DNA of 64,000 nt, from NCBI GenBank assembly GCA_041611735.1, contig JBFIML010000004.1, positions 74,065 to 138,064 of the forward strand, written 5' to 3'. This stretch comes from Myxococcota bacterium (GTDB taxonomy: Bacteria; Myxococcota_A; UBA9160; PR03). Both the position numbers and the translations under genes were made by a program. Below, piece after piece: positions 61,233 to 64,000 of the stretch. The notes beneath the pieces are model-generated. The model worked only from the letters and a program-made list of their open reading frames with translations, made no database searches and had not been told where the DNA came from. The stretch's first letter is position 1. Each line of letters starts with the position of its first letter.

Positions 61233-63637
61233 GTCCTGCCGATCGGCCCACCGCGCTCGAGGTGTCGGCGCGCACCCTCGAGCAGCTCGAGTGGCCCCAG
61301 CTCGTGGAGCGTGTGCGGGCTCACGCGCGCACCCCTGGCGGCCGACGGCGCTTCGATCCGGCTCCCGATGCCGGCCTGCTCGCCGGGGACGCGGCCACGG
61401 CCCGCACGCTCCTGGCCGAGACCAGCGAGGCGCGCGTCCTGCTGACCGCCGGGGCCACGCCTCCCCTGGGCGGCGTGGCCGAGGTGGCAGCCACCCTGCG
61501 GCGGGCGGAGCGGGGCGGTGCGGTGCCGGCTGCGGAGCTCCTGGATCTCGGCGCAACCCTCGACGCCATCGACGCCACGGCCCGCTTCGGACGTCGCGAG
61601 GCAGAGCGGGCCCCGCGCCTGACCGCCCACGCCGAAGCCCTGGGCCACCATCGCGCCCTGGCCCGCGCCATCGAGGCCACCCTGGATGCCGAGGGGCAGG
61701 TGCGCGACGGCGCTTCCCCCGAGCTGGCGGCGGCCCGCAGCGCGGCGCGCCGCCTGGCCGCCGAGATCTCGCGGCGCCTCGAGCGCGCGCTGCACGACCC
61801 GGAGCTCACAGCGCACCTCTCGGACCGCTTCGTGACCTTGCGCAACGACCGCTACGTGCTCCCCGTGCGCGCCGACGCGCGCGGCCGCGTGCCGGGCATC
61901 GTCCACGACGCCTCGGCCTCGGGCACCACCCTGTTCGTGGAGCCCGAGGCGGTGGTCGGGTTGAACAACGAGCTGAAGGAAGCAGAGCTGTGCGTCGAGC
62001 GGGAGACGGCACGCGTCCTGCGCGAGCTCTCCGCACGCGTGGGCGCCGAGGCCGCCGCGATCCGCGCCAGCCTCGCGATCCTCGAGACGATCGACGCGGC
62101 CTTCGCCCGCGGCGCCCTCTCCCGGGAGCTCCAGGCAGTGGAGCCGGAGCTGTGCGAGGACGGCGTGTTCGTGCTTCCGCAGCTCCGCCACCCCCTGCTG
62201 GCGCCGGAACGCGCGGTGCCCAACGACGTCCGCCTCGGCCAGCGCGCCACGGTGTGGGTGCTCTCCGGTCCCAACGCCGGGGGCAAGACCGTGGCCATGA
62301 AGGCGGTGGCGCTCGCCGCGCTGTGCGCCCGGGCGGGCCTGCACGTGACCGCGACCGCCGGCGCCCGCGTCGCCGCGGTCGAGAAGCTGCTCGCCGACAT
62401 CGGCGATGCCCAGAGCCTGCGCGAGAGCCTCTCCACCTTCTCGGCCCACATGGCGAACCTCGCCCGCATCGTGGAGGAGGCCACGCCGGCCTCCCTGGTG
62501 GCGCTCGACGAGATCGGCGAGGGCACGGACCCCGGGGAGGGGGCGGCCCTGGCCCAGGCGGTGCTCGAGTCCCTGGCCGCCGCCGGCGCCCGCGTCGTCG
62601 CCACCACCCACTACAACCTGCTCAAGGAGATGGCGGCCGTCGATCCGCGCTTCGAGAACGCGAGCTTCGAGTTCGATCCCGACACCCTGGCGCCCACCTA
62701 CCGGCTGCGGCCCGGCGTGCCGGGCGTCTCCTCGGCGGCGGCGGTGGCGGCCCGCATGGGTCTGCGGCGCGACGTCCTGGAGCGGGCCGACGAGCTGCTG
62801 GCCCGGGAGGATCGCCGCCTGGAACGCCTGCTCGGCGAGCTCGCAGCGAGCCGCCTGGCCGTGGAACGCGAGCGCCGCGAGGCCGAGCGGCTGCGAGCCG
62901 CCAGCGAGGCGGAGCGTCGCGAGGTGCGCCAGCGGCTGGAAGAGCTCCAGCAACGCCGCGATCGGCTGCTGCACAGCATGCGGGCGGACCTGGACGAGAG
63001 CTTCCGGCGCGCCCACTCGGAGGTGGCCGCGGTGATCCGCGAGCTGCAGCGAGGGGGCAGCGCCCGCCACGCCGCCCTGGCCCGCGAGCGCCTGCTCGCG
63101 CTCCAGGCCGAGACCCGCGCCGCGGAAGCGGCGGCCGAAGCGCCGGCGGCCCCCTTCGAGCCCCTCGACTGGCGCCGCGTCCGGCCCGGCGACCGCGTGC
63201 GACTGCGGGAGGGCGGCGAGGGGGTCGTGCTCGCCCTGCCGGACCGGCGCGGCCGGGTGGCGCTCCAGGTGGGCCCGGCGCGCCTGCTGGTGCCGGCGGA
63301 GCGGCTCGCGTCGGGTGGGGCATCGCTGCCAGAGCCGCCCCGCAGCCACGTGCGGGTCGAGACCCGCGAAGCGGCTGCCGCGGAGCCTGGCGGGAGCGAG
63401 CGTTGCGACCTGCGCGGGCTGCGCGCGGACGAGGCGCTCGCGCGGGTCGCCGTGGCCCTCGACCGGGCCGCGCTGGCCGGCCGCGGCGAGGTGGTCTTCG
63501 TGCACGGGCTCGGAACCGGCCGCCTGCGCGACGTGGTGCGGCAGCACCTGGCGGCCTCACCCTACGTGGCGTCCTTCGCCCCAGGCGACCCGGAGCGGGG
63601 CGGCGACGGGGTCACCGTAGCCAGGCTCGACGACTGA
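61229..63637 (+). CDS. mutS2: Endonuclease MutS2 (Smr domain)
   Basis: LEQLEW, RNDRYVLPV, HDASASGTTLFVEP, SGPNAGGKT, SLSTFSAH, DEIGEGTDP, TTHY, and Smr DLRG...HGLGTG...GGDGVT. Confidence 0.92.
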   Translation: MSPADRPTALEVSARTLEQLEWPQLVERVRAHARTPGGRRRFDPAPDAGLLAGDAATARTLLAETSEARVLLTAGATPPLGGVAEVAATLRRAERGGAVPAAELLDLGATLDAIDATARFGRREAERAPRLTAHAEALGHHRALARAIEATLDAEGQVRDGASPELAAARSAARRLAAEISRRLERALHDPELTAHLSDRFVTLRNDRYVLPVRADARGRVPGIVHDASASGTTLFVEPEAVVGLNNELKEAELCVERETARVLRELSARVGAEAAAIRASLAILETIDAAFARGALSRELQAVEPELCEDGVFVLPQLRHPLLAPERAVPNDVRLGQRATVWVLSGPNAGGKTVAMKAVALAALCARAGLHVTATAGARVAAVEKLLADIGDAQSLRESLSTFSAHMANLARIVEEATPASLVALDEIGEGTDPGEGAALAQAVLESLAAAGARVVATTHYNLLKEMAAVDPRFENASFEFDPDTLAPTYRLRPGVPGVSSAAAVAARMGLRRDVLERADELLAREDRRLERLLGELAASRLAVERERREAERLRAASEAERREVRQRLEELQQRRDRLLHSMRADLDESFRRAHSEVAAVIRELQRGGSARHAALARERLLALQAETRAAEAAAEAPAAPFEPLDWRRVRPGDRVRLREGGEGVVLALPDRRGRVALQVGPARLLVPAERLASGGASLPEPPRSHVRVETREAAAAEPGGSERCDLRGLRADEALARVAVALDRAALAGRGEVVFVHGLGTGRLRDVVRQHLAASPYVASFAPGDPERGGDGVTVARLDD

Positions 63638-63700
63638 GCGGCGAGCCGGCAGAATCGCCGGGCGCTTCCAGGCGAACTGCGGGGCGCCGGGGAGTCGGGC

Positions 63701-64000
63701 ATGCAGGTCTCCGTCGTCATCCCGGTCTACGACGAGGCCGCCACCGTGGCGGACGTGCTGGCCCGGGTGCGCGCCACGGGCCTGGCCCACGAGATCGTGG
63801 TGGTGGACGACGGCTCCCAGGACGGCACCGCCGACGTGGTGGCCCGGCTGGCCGACGAGCTGCCCGAGGTGCGTCTCTTCCGACACGAGACCAACCGCGG
63901 CAAGGGAGCGGCGTTGCGCACCGGCTTCGAGAAGGTCTCCGGCGACGTGGTGATCATCCAGGACGCGGATCTCGAGTACGATCCGCGCGACTACCCGCGC
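63701..64000 (+). CDS. GT2 glycosyltransferase, DPM-synthase-like (truncated by the window edge)
   Basis: MQVSVVIPVYDE, VVDDGSQDGT, NRGKGAALRTG and IQDADLEYDP.DY motifs. Confidence 0.85.
   Translation, partial: MQVSVVIPVYDEAATVADVLARVRATGLAHEIVVVDDGSQDGTADVVARLADELPEVRLFRHETNRGKGAALRTGFEKVSGDVVIIQDADLEYDPRDYPR

Overview
Very GC-rich bacterial chromosome segment. The gene content suggests a deltaproteobacterial/Myxococcota-like lineage, which is an inference. About 40 real genes can be separated from the many GC-driven shadow ORFs. Roughly 1-43 kb and 53-64 kb form a large cell-envelope modification island. It contains two paralogous Gly/Ser/Thr-rich PEP-CTERM surface proteins, each behind a near-consensus sigma-54 promoter with an IHF-like site and a shared GGAA-N6-TTCC candidate enhancer. 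It also encodes three PrsT-like TPR lipoproteins, three TMTC-like and about eight other GT-C-type membrane glycosyltransferases, and three polyprenol-phosphate-sugar-synthase-like GT2s. Further members are four sulfatase-fold proteins that all carry Thr instead of Cys/Ser at the nucleophile position, three membrane-anchored SGNH proteins, two membrane-embedded spermidine-synthase-like SAM enzymes, two soluble methyltransferases and wecB. A housekeeping block (pcrA/uvrD, glmS, glmU, hflX, fabH, phasin-like gene, acyl-CoA dehydrogenase) sits at 43-53 kb, and mutS2 lies near the end. The best candidate for an undescribed system is an extracytoplasmic, lipid-carrier-based glycosylation and decoration pathway acting on PEP-CTERM surface proteins. 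Several genes also appear to be leaderless or to use non-canonical (ATC/CTG) start codons. No rRNA, tRNA, CRISPR or mobile element was recognised. All assignments come from reading motifs by eye; no database search was run.
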